Of a stretch of 64,000 nucleotides of DNA, positions 1 to 9,302 are shown one piece after another. A program made the position numbers and the translations under genes. The notes under the pieces are model-generated. The model searched no databases. It was not told the origin of the DNA and worked only from the letters and a program-made list of their open reading frames with translations. How positions within the stretch are numbered: the first letter of the stretch is position 1; the number at the start of each line of letters is the position of its first letter. The stretch is from Gemmatimonadaceae bacterium (GTDB lineage: Bacteria > Gemmatimonadota > Gemmatimonadetes > Gemmatimonadales > Gemmatimonadaceae), in assembly GCA_025358925.1 (NCBI GenBank), contig JANYHT010000017.1, positions 180,432 to 244,431 on the forward strand, given 5' to 3'.

Positions 1-1614
1 CGCTATGCGAATTCGTGTGGCGACGTCTGCCGCGCTGCGGGCTGGCGATTGTGCTGCAGCGCCAACGAGTTGTTCGGCGAGTTGCGCTTTGTGCGTCAGT
101 CGATCCGAAAGTTTGAGAATGTGTGCGCTGCCCGTGGGTGGTCCGAGTTGGTACACGTGCACGACCTCGTGCAGCGACCCAATGCGCGCACAGCGTCCGA
201 CGCGTTGTTGACGCAGAGCATCGGTCCACGGGAGATCGCAGTGCAATACGATGCCTGCGTCTTGCAGATTGACGCCTTCGGCGAGGAGATCGGTGGTGAT
301 GAGGAGTGTGATGGCCTGATGCGGAGGGGGCGGGGGGCGACCTTGGGCGACAGGTGCGAAGTTGGCGAGTGCGTGCTGTCGAGAGATGGGTCCACTGGCG
401 ATGCGCGCTTGCGTGCCCGTGAGTGACCCAACGCCAGCGATGTCGGCAAGTGCGCGATGGAGTGCGTGAACGGTTTGTGCGAACTGAGAGAACGCGACGA
501 TTGGCACGTTCGGGTGCTGCGCTCGTATGTCGCGAATGGCCTGGGCGCGAATGACATCGCCGCGCGCGGTACGGCGATGGTGTTCGTCGAGCGCACGCAG
601 TGCAGCGAGGTGTTTCTCGAGGATTTCCAGCAGCGCGCCACTCTCTGTTTCGTGGCTCGCGAGTAACTCCGGAAACGCCAACTGCACTTCGTGGTCGCCG
701 ACCAGCCAACTGCGCAGTTCTGCGTGTGTTGGGTGTCGACCGGCGAGTAGTGCTTGTCGTAATGCTTCGCCGCGCGCCACTCGTTTTCGTACAGCGTGCG
801 TGAGCGCGGCGTCGCTTGAGCACCAGGTACGCAACAGTCCGAGTCTGATCAGCGCGCCGCTCACGGCACCGTCGTGCGCGGGCAGCGGGGCCGGAAGCGC
901 AAGAATAGCACTCAATGTGGCATGATCATGTGGGACATCATGCGGGGCGTGCGTACACACGCGCGGTCGTGATGCGTGAGGCGACGATTGTGTCCGTCGC
1001 ACGATGAGTTGTGCGAGTCGGTGTGGCGAGAGTAGATCTTCGCGTCCGCCGGCGAATAGTGCGAGCAGATGACGCAGCTCGCGCGCGTCGTTGTGCAACG
1101 GTGTAGCGCTCAACAGCAGGACATCGTGATCAGCGACAAACTGGGCGACTGCGGCGTAGCGTTTGGTTGCGCAGGTGCGGAGGTGATGTGCTTCGTCGAC
1201 AATCACGAAGTCATCCCCGTACAATGCGCGTGTGCTGATGGGTGGTAGTGCCGAAGAGAACGCGTGTAACGAGTGTAGTTGCACGTGTGTGCAGGCGGCA
1301 CGCGCAATGGCGTGTCGCCACATGGGCAGCAGCGCAGCAGGCGCAATCACATGTGCGGTGCGACGTTCGGCCGCGAGGGCGAGCGCGACGTAGGTTTTGC
1401 CGAGTCCGACGTCGTCGGCGAGGAGTGCGCCGTGGAATGTTTTAATGATGGAGCGTAAGCGTACGACGGCGTCTGCCTGGTGTGGGAGCAGTGTGACGTC
1501 GCCGACGATATGTGGCGCTGTTGGTGGGACAATGGCGTGTGCGATGTGTGCCTGAACGATGCTGGCTGGCGTGTTGGTGTAGTCGTGCGATGCACGCGTG
1601 TGGGAATGCGTCAT
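1..1614 (-). CDS. SNF2-family (SF2) helicase, 3' end off the window edge
   Basis: Hand translation gives an uninterrupted frame from ATG at 1614 (ATGA overlap with the MTase stop) to position 1. Motifs: GALLADDVGLGKTY (I), VIVDEAHH (II), LLLSATP (III), VAFSQF (IV), TTDLLAEGVNLQ (V), QRVGRCARIG (VI). Absent from the ORF track because no stop lies inside the window. Confidence 0.92.
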   Translation of the reverse strand, partial: MTHSHTRASHDYTNTPASIVQAHIAHAIVPPTAPHIVGDVTLLPHQADAVVRLRSIIKTFHGALLADDVGLGKTYVALALAAERRTAHVIAPAALLPMWRHAIARAACTHVQLHSLHAFSSALPPISTRALYGDDFVIVDEAHHLRTCATKRYAAVAQFVADHDVLLLSATPLHNDARELRHLLALFAGGREDLLSPHRLAQLIVRRTQSSPHASRPRVCTHAPHDVPHDHATLSAILALPAPLPAHDGAVSGALIRLGLLRTWCSSDAALTHAVRKRVARGEALRQALLAGRHPTHAELRSWLVGDHEVQLAFPELLASHETESGALLEILEKHLAALRALDEHHRRTARGDVIRAQAIRDIRAQHPNVPIVAFSQFAQTVHALHRALADIAGVGSLTGTQARIASGPISRQHALANFAPVAQGRPPPPPHQAITLLITTDLLAEGVNLQDAGIVLHCDLPWTDALRQQRVGRCARIGSLHEVVHVYQLGPPTGSAHILKLSDRLTHKAQLAEQLVGAAAQSPARSAADVATRIRIA

Positions 1615-4600
1615 CGGATATTCCAGTCGAGGAGCGGTTGCATTGACGCGACGGAAACGCCGTATGCGTCGGCGGTGGCGCTGATGTGGTCGTCGGTGGA
1701 GAGCGTGTGGCCGCTTGCGGTATACCGACTGATGTCGGCGAGTGCAATTCGCGCGGTGGTCCAATTCGGTGGGAGCGGCAGTGCGGCAACGGTCCAGCCC
1801 AAGAATCTTCGGAAGCCGCCGCGTGCGGGTTCGGCGATTGCGTTGAGCCAAGCGGCGACCAACGGCGATTCGAGTAGCGTGTGCAATGCGAGTGCGTCGT
1901 CGAGTGCGGGGGTGCGCATGACGTAGCAGCTGTTGAGCGGCACCGTGGGGTCGCCAGCGGCGAGCACGCGCGTGCGCAATTGTTTGCCGATGTCCGCCCA
2001 AACGAGTCGGGGTGCTTCGGCGTGTGCTGCGTCTGTACGAAAGAGCGACCACCATGGTGTGGATGTACGTGCGTCGCGTCGTGCGTCGAGGCGTGAACGC
2101 CAGTGCGCAAGCCAGCGTGCCGCGTGTGGTGGTAGCGCACGCAGCGGAGCGCCGTTGCTGTCGTGTGTCCAAATAATTCTGAGATCGCCGGCGTTTTTGT
2201 GCGGCGTGTTTTGTGCGTCGAGCGAGTGAATAGCTTCGCCGCGGAGTGCGGGTCGCAGCATGTGTCGTTCGATGAGTGCTGCGCGTGCGTCGGCGGTGAT
2301 GGTGGCGAGTTCGTCATCGTGTTCGGTGGCGTGCACGAGAAACGCGGCATTACACCCACATTTGGTGCCGAGTTGGGGGCGACCCAGGGGGGAGTCGCCG
2401 AGTGGTGGCGCGGTGCGTCGGAGTTTTTCGAAGGCTGTGCGGACGTGTGGTGGGAGGAGGATCCACGGTGCGGCGGGGTCGTTGTCGAGGGTGAGATGGT
2501 GTGCGGGGAGCGCGAATGTGTGTGTCGTTGTGTGTCGCGCGATGGCGACGTGGATGTGTGGAATGGGTGTGGGCGTCGCCGCGCCTGTTCGAAGTGTTCG
2601 TAGTGTTCGTTGTGCGACGATGAGTGACGGGTAAGTGGCCGCGTTGAAGAGTGCGGGTGCGTCGGACCAATCGCGGATGGTGTGGATGCGTGTCTGTTCG
2701 ACGAGGAGCTTTCGAATGCCGCCGCCGGCGAGTGCGCGCCAGAGTTTGGCGGGGACGAGCAGTGCGAGTGTGCCGTTCGGTGCGAGCAGTTGTGTGCTGC
2801 GTTCGACGAATGCGACGGCGAGGTCGGCTTGTGCGGCGAATCCTGCACTGGCGCCAGCGCGTTTTGCGCCGGCGGACCATGCGGCGAGTCGCATGGACGT
2901 GAAGGTGCGTTTGAGGAGTTGTCGTTCGCTGAGTGGAAGGGCGTGCGGGCGCACCCAGGGTGGGTTGCCGATGATGAGATGGAAGCCGGAGAGTGCGGCG
3001 ACGTCGGCGAAGTGGGCGGCGAATCGAAACGGGAGGGCGGCGCCGAGTTGGAGGTGGTGGCGTTGTCGGGTGAGTTGGTGGGTGCGTGTGCGGAGGTCGG
3101 TGAGTTGTGTGGTGTCGTTGCGTGTGCGGATGCGTCGATCGCCGAAGAGGTCGCGGGTGCGCAGTGATTCGATGAGGGCGGCGCGTTCGTGTGAGACCGC
3201 GTGGAGTTGTCGTGTGGTGTCGGCGATGGCGCGGTTGCGTTCTTCTTTGTGGAGGGCGCTGTCGAGTGTGGTTTTGCGGCGGCCGGTGGCGCGGGTGTAG
3301 CGGTCGCGCAGTTTGGTGAGTGTGCGTGCGCTGGGTGGAGCGAATGTGAAGTCGCCGCCGGCGAGTGAATCGCCGATGCGGATGTGGTGATCGAGATTGG
3401 GGAGTGGTGTGATGTGTGCAGCGCGTGTTTCTGGGCATTCGATGACGACGGAGAGCCAGAGTCGCAGTTCGCAGAGCCAGACGGCGATTGGGTTGCGGTC
3501 GACGCCGAAGATGGAGCGTGTGAGGGTGTCGCGTCTGATGACGTCGATGGCGCGTGGATCACCGCTGCGGGCGAGGAGGTTGGCGATGCATTCGAGCATG
3601 TGGACGAGGAATGCGCCGGATCCGCAGGCGGGGTCGAGGATGCGAAGGTTGGTGAGGGTGTTGCGTGTGTCGGGTGTGAGGTGGAGTGGTGTGTTGGGTT
3701 GTTCGAGTGCGTGTGGTGGGAGGTCGACGAGTGCTGAATGCAGTGCGTCTTTGACGACTTGGTCGACGAGCATTGGTGGTGTGTAGAACGAGCCGGTGCG
3801 ATGGCGTTCGGCGGCGTTCATGAGGCATTCGAAGGCGCGGCCCAGCATTTCTGGGTCGACGGCGGCTTCGGACCATGTGGTGGAGTCTTCGTGTGCGGTG
3901 AAGCGGTAGCGATCGAGGACATCGCCGATGAGAGCCGTGAGTGCGTCGTCGGTGAAGCGGAGGGTGCGGAGTTTTTGTTCGAGTGGTGTTGGTGCGAAGA
4001 GTCCGCCGTTGAGGAATGGGATGTCGCCGAAGGTGCGGGCGGCTGGTGCGCGTTGGCGGAGTGGGGTGTTGAGGGTGCCGAAGAAGAGTGGTTTGAGGAA
4101 GCGTTGGTGGAGGTGTCCGCCGGCTTCGAGTTGGTGAGCGGTTTGTTTGAGGAGGAAGTCGCGGTCGCCATTCAACCAACCTTTTGCCTGGAGGAAGGCG
4201 AGGAACAGGCAGCGTGATGCGCAGAGGAGGGCGATTTCGTGGCGTTCTTGTTTTGTTGCGGTGCCGGTGGCGGTGTTGGCGAGTGTGGTGACGGCGCGTT
4301 CGAGTGCGCGATAGAAGCGTGTGGAGAGGGCGTCTCTGCGGAGTATGTCGGTGAAGCGTGCGTGGCGAAGGTGATCGTTTGGTTCGGTGATGGTGGCGAG
4401 TGCGCGGAGTGTTTCGGCGTCGGAGTTGACGACGTGGTGTCGGTCGATGCGGAGGGCGGCGATGCGTGGGCCGTGTGGGGCGGGTGTGACGGTGGCGATG
4501 GTGAGGGTGTGGGTGTGATGATCGAGGGTGAGGGTGCACCAGTGTCGTGTTGGGGCGTGGTGTGCGAGGGTGGTGCAGAGTCGGCGGGTGAGTTCGCGTG

Positions 4601-4841
4601 CGTCGATGGTGGTGCAGCTGTTGGCGTGTGGTGTGAGTGTGGCGCAGAGGAGACGCATGGCGCCGGGACCGCGCGTGATGGTGGCGTTGGCGACGAGTGT
4701 GGCGATGCCGATGGTGCGGCTGGCGTGTGGTGTGACGGGGATCGGCGTGCTGAGGAAGCCGAGTGTGTGCGCGATGGGTTGGAGCGCGCGGAGGGAGTCG
4801 GCTTGGGTGAGCAGGTTGGCGGCGGCGCGGAGAGTGAGCAC
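1611..4841 (-). CDS. Large N6-adenine DNA methyltransferase (Eco57I/type IIG-like, TaqI-like C-terminal region)
   Basis: 1076 aa. DPEMLGRAFE and TGSFYTP (motif X region), ILDPACGSGAFL (motif I, SAM binding), IIGNPPWVR (motif IV). No clear PD-(D/E)xK nuclease motif seen in the N-terminus. Confidence 0.9.
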   Translation of the reverse strand: MLTLRAAANLLTQADSLRALQPIAHTLGFLSTPIPVTPHASRTIGIATLVANATITRGPGAMRLLCATLTPHANSCTTIDARELTRRLCTTLAHHAPTRHWCTLTLDHHTHTLTIATVTPAPHGPRIAALRIDRHHVVNSDAETLRALATITEPNDHLRHARFTDILRRDALSTRFYRALERAVTTLANTATGTATKQERHEIALLCASRCLFLAFLQAKGWLNGDRDFLLKQTAHQLEAGGHLHQRFLKPLFFGTLNTPLRQRAPAARTFGDIPFLNGGLFAPTPLEQKLRTLRFTDDALTALIGDVLDRYRFTAHEDSTTWSEAAVDPEMLGRAFECLMNAAERHRTGSFYTPPMLVDQVVKDALHSALVDLPPHALEQPNTPLHLTPDTRNTLTNLRILDPACGSGAFLVHMLECIANLLARSGDPRAIDVIRRDTLTRSIFGVDRNPIAVWLCELRLWLSVVIECPETRAAHITPLPNLDHHIRIGDSLAGGDFTFAPPSARTLTKLRDRYTRATGRRKTTLDSALHKEERNRAIADTTRQLHAVSHERAALIESLRTRDLFGDRRIRTRNDTTQLTDLRTRTHQLTRQRHHLQLGAALPFRFAAHFADVAALSGFHLIIGNPPWVRPHALPLSERQLLKRTFTSMRLAAWSAGAKRAGASAGFAAQADLAVAFVERSTQLLAPNGTLALLVPAKLWRALAGGGIRKLLVEQTRIHTIRDWSDAPALFNAATYPSLIVAQRTLRTLRTGAATPTPIPHIHVAIARHTTTHTFALPAHHLTLDNDPAAPWILLPPHVRTAFEKLRRTAPPLGDSPLGRPQLGTKCGCNAAFLVHATEHDDELATITADARAALIERHMLRPALRGEAIHSLDAQNTPHKNAGDLRIIWTHDSNGAPLRALPPHAARWLAHWRSRLDARRDARTSTPWWSLFRTDAAHAEAPRLVWADIGKQLRTRVLAAGDPTVPLNSCYVMRTPALDDALALHTLLESPLVAAWLNAIAEPARGGFRRFLGWTVAALPLPPNWTTARIALADISRYTASGHTLSTDDHISATADAYGVSVASMQPLLDWNIR

Positions 4842-4920
4842 GCGTGATGATGTGGTGTGTGCGGGCGTGGTCCGTCACCGAAGTGTTTGGGGTGGTGCCT
4901 TTTTACTGCAGGGACTAGGA

Positions 4921-4941
4921 AATAGGGAATAGGGAATAGGG
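4921..4941. repeat. Heptamer tandem repeat (AATAGGG)x3 with degenerate flanks
   Basis: aataggg aataggg aataggg read directly, about 80 bp upstream of the MTase start. Confidence 0.85.
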
Positions 4942-5314
4942 ATTAGCATTGTGTTGCGGTGTGGTGCGCTGGTCGGCAATTGGCCATCATTGGTCATCAT
5001 TACTCGGATGCGTGCGTCTCATTTCGGTTTCCGGTGCGCGCGCAAACGTTTGTCGAGCTCGGTGGAGGATGGAACTACGTTGCATCCGCTAGTTCCGCCG
5101 TTCGCTACAGCGCAGGCTCCAACATTCGTTCGCAACCGTGTGCGTCCTCCGGCTGCTCAGGGCCCGGCTACTCCAGTCTCCCGGCCATGCAGAACCGGTG
5201 GCAATGCCAAGCCAGTGCCTGTGCATGGGCTGGAAACCGCCTGCTCTGAGATTTTTAATAACGACATGACGGATCGGAACCTGTCAATGAAAATGAGACG
5301 AATGGGTTGAAAGT

Positions 5315-6556
5315 TTAGCGAGTAGCTCCGATGTACGCGGTCTGATCTTCGGCTTTGTTGATCCAGACTTCTGTGGGCAGTTGCGGGACGCGCGGTGGCC
5401 CGTTCACGAAGCGTTCGGGGTGCTGCTGATACGCGAGATCCATCGTCCGCTGTCGTTGGGCAAGGATGGTGGGCGCCTGTCCGTCATGCACGGTAGCGGG
5501 CGTGAGCCAGGCAATCCCTTCGTGTTTGTGCTCGTGGTTGTAGTGTTGAAAGACGGGACCACACCACGCGTTGGCGTGCGTGTAGCCGTCGAAGCGGTCG
5601 GGATACGTGGGAGCGTACTTGGTGGTTTTGAAGAGCGATTCCGAATACGGATTGTCGTTGCTGACGCGCGGGCGCGACAGCGAGCGCACGATCCCGAGGG
5701 TCTGATACAAATCGTGCAAATCTTTGGCGACTTGAATGCTGCCGCGATCCGAGTGCGTGGTGAGTTGATCACGGACGATGCCTTGGCGCGCGCACGCCGT
5801 GCGAATGAGGCGTTGCGCGAGCGTCGCCGATTCGTGGCGCGCCAGCATCCACGCGACGACATAGCGACTGAAGAGATCGAGTACGACATACAGTTTGTAG
5901 CGCTCGCCTTTGACCGGACCTTTGAGGTCGGTCACATCCCACGTCCACACTTGATTCGGTTGCGTGGCGACCAGACGCGGCACGGCGTACGGTGGGTGCG
6001 TGCGCTGTCGGCGCCGCGCGCGGACTTCGTGCGCGCTGGCCAGCCATCGGTAGAGCGTCCGCACACTGCACACGTACGTCCCTTCATCGAGCAGCGTCGC
6101 GTGCACCTGCGCGGGCGCACGATCGACAAAGCGGGGATCGCGCAAGTACGCCAGCACCTGCTCTTGTGCGGCCGGTGATAACGCGCGTGGTGACGGCGTG
6201 CGCACGACCATCGCGCCGTCGCGCTCGCGCGCTCGCGCTGGTGGTTTGCTCCATCGATACGCACTGGCCCGCGGCATGCCGAGCGCCGCACTCACGCGCG
6301 CCACGCCGAGCGTCTCGCCGTGCTGCTGCAAGGTTTCCGTCACGTGGGTTTTCCACTCGGCTCGCGACGTGGTCGCTCCAGCAGCACCGAGAGTTTTTTT
6401 TGGATGGAGATCAGTAACTCGGCGCGCGCGAGGTGGTCGCGCAGTTGCGCGTTCTCGCGTTGCACGCGTGCTAACTCGCTGGTATCGGCCTTCGGCTTGG
6501 GGCCACGTCGTTGCGCCAACGCGTGGCGCGCCCCCGCGTGATACTGCTTGCGCCAC
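5315..6556 (-). CDS. IS3-family transposase OrfB (rve/DDE), probably expressed as an OrfAB fusion
   Basis: PNQVWTWDVT, VVLDLFSRYVVAW, HSDRGS, SNDNPYSESLFKTTKY. The listed start is upstream of the frameshift site and is probably not used. Confidence 0.92.
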   Translation of the reverse strand: MAQAVSRGGAPRVGATTWPQAEGRYQRVSTRATRERATARPPRARRVTDLHPKKTLGAAGATTSRAEWKTHVTETLQQHGETLGVARVSAALGMPRASAYRWSKPPARARERDGAMVVRTPSPRALSPAAQEQVLAYLRDPRFVDRAPAQVHATLLDEGTYVCSVRTLYRWLASAHEVRARRRQRTHPPYAVPRLVATQPNQVWTWDVTDLKGPVKGERYKLYVVLDLFSRYVVAWMLARHESATLAQRLIRTACARQGIVRDQLTTHSDRGSIQVAKDLHDLYQTLGIVRSLSRPRVSNDNPYSESLFKTTKYAPTYPDRFDGYTHANAWCGPVFQHYNHEHKHEGIAWLTPATVHDGQAPTILAQRQRTMDLAYQQHPERFVNGPPRVPQLPTEVWINKAEDQTAYIGATR

Positions 6557-6738
6557 ATCGTTAACTGCGACGAGAACAAGCCTTCGCGTCGCAACAGACT
6601 GCCGATCTCACCCGCGGCGCGACACTGCGCGGCTTCCTGCACAATGCGCGTCTTGTACTCGACCGTGAAGCGGCGCCGCCGTCCGCTGGCGGGCACTGCT
6701 ACATCATCTTTCTCTGCCTTCCGGGATGGATTGGTCAT
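6340..6738 (-). CDS. IS3-family transposase OrfA (HTH)
   Basis: RRRFTVEYKTRIV...LLRREGLFSSQLTMWRKQY followed by a coiled coil, typical of IS3 OrfA. Confidence 0.9.
   Translation of the reverse strand: MTNPSRKAEKDDVAVPASGRRRRFTVEYKTRIVQEAAQCRAAGEIGSLLRREGLFSSQLTMWRKQYHAGARHALAQRRGPKPKADTSELARVQRENAQLRDHLARAELLISIQKKLSVLLERPRREPSGKPT
6394..6401 (-). promoter_or_regulatory. -1 programmed frameshift slippery site (A8) joining OrfA and OrfB
   Basis: Minus strand ATC CAA AAA AAA CTC in the OrfA frame. OrfB (CAT CCA AAA AAA ACT) is in the -1 frame. This is the established IS3 mechanism. Confidence 0.8.
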
Positions 6739-6811
6739 GCGGGTCGACCTCCTGCGCCCCCTGAGTGCCTCACTAATTATGCGAGGAGAATCGTCTCACA
6801 CCATATTGGCA

Positions 6812-9112
6812 GGGGGGGGCCAAGCCGACGGTCGAACGGAAAAACGTTTGTGGTGCGAGTTCAACGACATAGCGCAAGACCAAATCGGCACCACGTGTTT
6901 TCGTGTCGATTGCATTCGTAAAGTAGCGCGGTCGAATATCACCAATCACGTCGAAGTTCTGCGCCGGAAATGCGCGTACGGTTGCACCAACAAAATTCTC
7001 CGAGAGGACGATGCGATCTTTAATCGCAATGTCGAAGCAGTCAAACGTGGCCGAAAACCCAGGCATCGGCGCCCACGTCGCATCCGCACTGAAATTACGA
7101 GATTTTTCGGCCTGCAGAGGCTTGGCACCGAGGGCTCTGGCGATGGCGCTGTTGACGGGATAGGTCGCGACTTCGTTCGGTGTGGGCACGCCATTGACCG
7201 TCAGCACGTTGCTGGCGGTTGATGAGTATACGGACTGCGCAAGCGACGGTGCGCTAAATCCGGTGCTGCCCGCGGTGCGGAGCGAGAAACCGACGAGCAA
7301 TTGATAGCGCGCTGCCGCCTTCCCGATGGTTGCCGAACCGAAGTCACTGAAATGTTCAGCGCGACCTGCGAGGTCGAGCGAAAACGCATGCGTGAGGTTG
7401 GCTTCGATATCCACATAGCCCGCAGCCGACGTGCGCGACGTGTTCGTTTCATCTGTTGGCTTGAATCCATAAAACAATTGCGAACCAGGAGTGGCCGGTC
7501 TCCCGATACTTGGTCCGTCAAGTATGGCTACGCCACCATTCGTATATGACTCAACTTGTCCGCGCGTGATTTGATAGTCGTCGAGACGTGCTTCCGCACC
7601 GAATGCCACATTGATTGGCGTAGAAAGCCCCACCGAAACGGGACGTGCGATGTCGAGGTTGGTGGTGAGTTGCGATGAGTTGAGTTTGCCAGCGTAAAAG
7701 TCGCGCAAGCTATTCACGCCGTATGTAGGATTGTTCGTGTTACCGATATCAAAGCGAAAATTGTTGTTGCCATACGCAGCACTCAGATCGTAACTCCAGC
7801 CAACGGTTTTTCCCTTTACGCCGATGGCGGCACTGATGTCGTTGACCGTGCCGTCAATGTTGGGCAGAAAACCAGTTGGATACCGTGCGCGCACTACAAC
7901 GGGTTCACCGGGTCGGCGATTGAACCCCCACGAACGACCGACGCGATGCGTTGCTCCACCAAAGGCATAGAATTCGACGCCGCGTGCAGTGGTGGTGCCA
8001 ATGTTGAAGAATCCACCGGCGTCGCGCAGCTTCGCGTCGCCATACCATGACGCATTCCGTGTGGCGTTGAGCACGTCCGCCGTGATGCGTTGTCCGCCAA
8101 CGACCACATTCAATCCGGCGGTCATGCTGTCATCCTACGCTTTCGAGAAGTACTGCACGCGCGTATCCGTCTCTGATCGATTGGTCCGCGCACGATCGCG
8201 ATATTCGCCGCACAGCGTGATGTAGCCGCGGTCGCCGAGTGCATGACTCCAGCTCCCGCCGAGCTCTTTGACTTGTCCGTCGCCACGCGACGTCTCTCCG
8301 AGCGTGCTGGAAACGGTGAGTGGCGCATTTTGCTTGAGAATGATGTTGACTACGTCTGCGATGGCGTCGGATCCATACTGTGCCGCTGCACCGTCGCGTA
8401 GCACTTCGATACGATCAATCGCGGCCGACGGAATCGCATTCAAATCGACACCAGTGGAGCCGCGTCCCACGGAATTATTGACCGCGACAACGGCGCCCGC
8501 ATGTCGACGTTTGCCGTTGACTAGGACAAGTGCTTGATCGGGACCAAGACCGCGCAGAGTGAATGGCCGTTGCATGTCGACTCCGCCCGCAATGGATGAC
8601 CGCGGAAAATTGAGCGATGGTACAAGCGATTGGAGAATCTGCGTGATCTCCGTGCGACCCGTGAGTTTCATCTCTTCGCTGCTGACGACATCGATAGGCA
8701 CGGGTGCTTCGGTGACCGTGCGCTCGGTCGTGCGACGCGTGCCCGTGACGGACATGGCGGCCAATGACAGTGGCGCTTTCGTGAGCGTGAAGTCCGCCGT
8801 CGCATTTTGTCCGTCGACAACGGTGACGGTTGCGGTTGTCGTCGTGAACCCGATCAACCGCACGGTGAGCGTGGTCGACCCCGCAGGGGTAAGCAGGCGC
8901 TACGTGCCGTCGGCGCGTGTTTGCGTTCCGCGTTGCGTTCCGCGTTGCGTACCCGCGACGAAGACGGTCACTCCTTGAATTGGGCGTGCGGTACCCGCTT
9001 CCACCACGCGGCCACTGATGCCGCTTGCCGATTGCGCCGCGCTTGGTGAAGCGATAGCGATGCTCGCTACGAGTGTTGCGGAGAGAAGCGCGAGCATGGG
9101 TGTACAACGCAT
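6812..9112 (-). pseudogene. TonB-dependent receptor (CarboxypepD_reg + plug + partial barrel), inactivated
   Basis: ORFs 8900-9304, 8135-8863 and 6773-8125 share one frame, broken by in-frame TAGs at 8900-8902 and 8135-8137. Plug motif VDLNAIPSAAIDRIEVLRDGAAAQYGSDAI. C-terminal barrel strands are cut at the IS end. Confidence 0.88.
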
Positions 9113-9302
9113 GTGCAGGAGCGACGGAGATATCACGAAGGACCTCGGAGGGGGCGGACGAGACGAGGGTGCGCGGCGGCAGGACATTAGGGTAAAACTC
9201 TTTATCCAATGTCCACCGAAGCGCGGCGGTTCCCGGCCGAATTTTGGACTAGGTAGATTCTGCACATGATTGAAGACGTCATTCTTTGCGTAACGGGCCA
9301 AC

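Larger units (their letters stand above)
5282..6811 (-). mobile_element. IS3-family insertion sequence (~1.53 kb)
   Basis: orfA/orfB organisation with a DDE integrase core. Imperfect terminal IRs TGTCAATGAAAATGAGACGA (5282 onward) and TGCCAATATGGTGTGAGACGA (reverse complement from 6811), giving TG...CA ends. No flanking target duplication visible. Confidence 0.9.

Noticed and set aside
1-4841. Labelling the pair as DISARM or BREX
   Set aside because: No drmA/B/C, pglZ or brxC is visible and the gene order differs. The left context is missing.
1442-4878. Long His/Thr/Pro-rich ORFs (1442-3562, 2350-3438, 3559-4878) and + strand Gly/Val/Glu-rich ORFs
   Set aside because: Shadow frames of the MTase. 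The skewed composition depletes stop codons, and no domain motifs are present.
6812-9112. Genome-wide amber recoding
   Set aside because: Many intact genes in the window end in TAG (19420, 30160, 35030, 35461, 45008, 56541).
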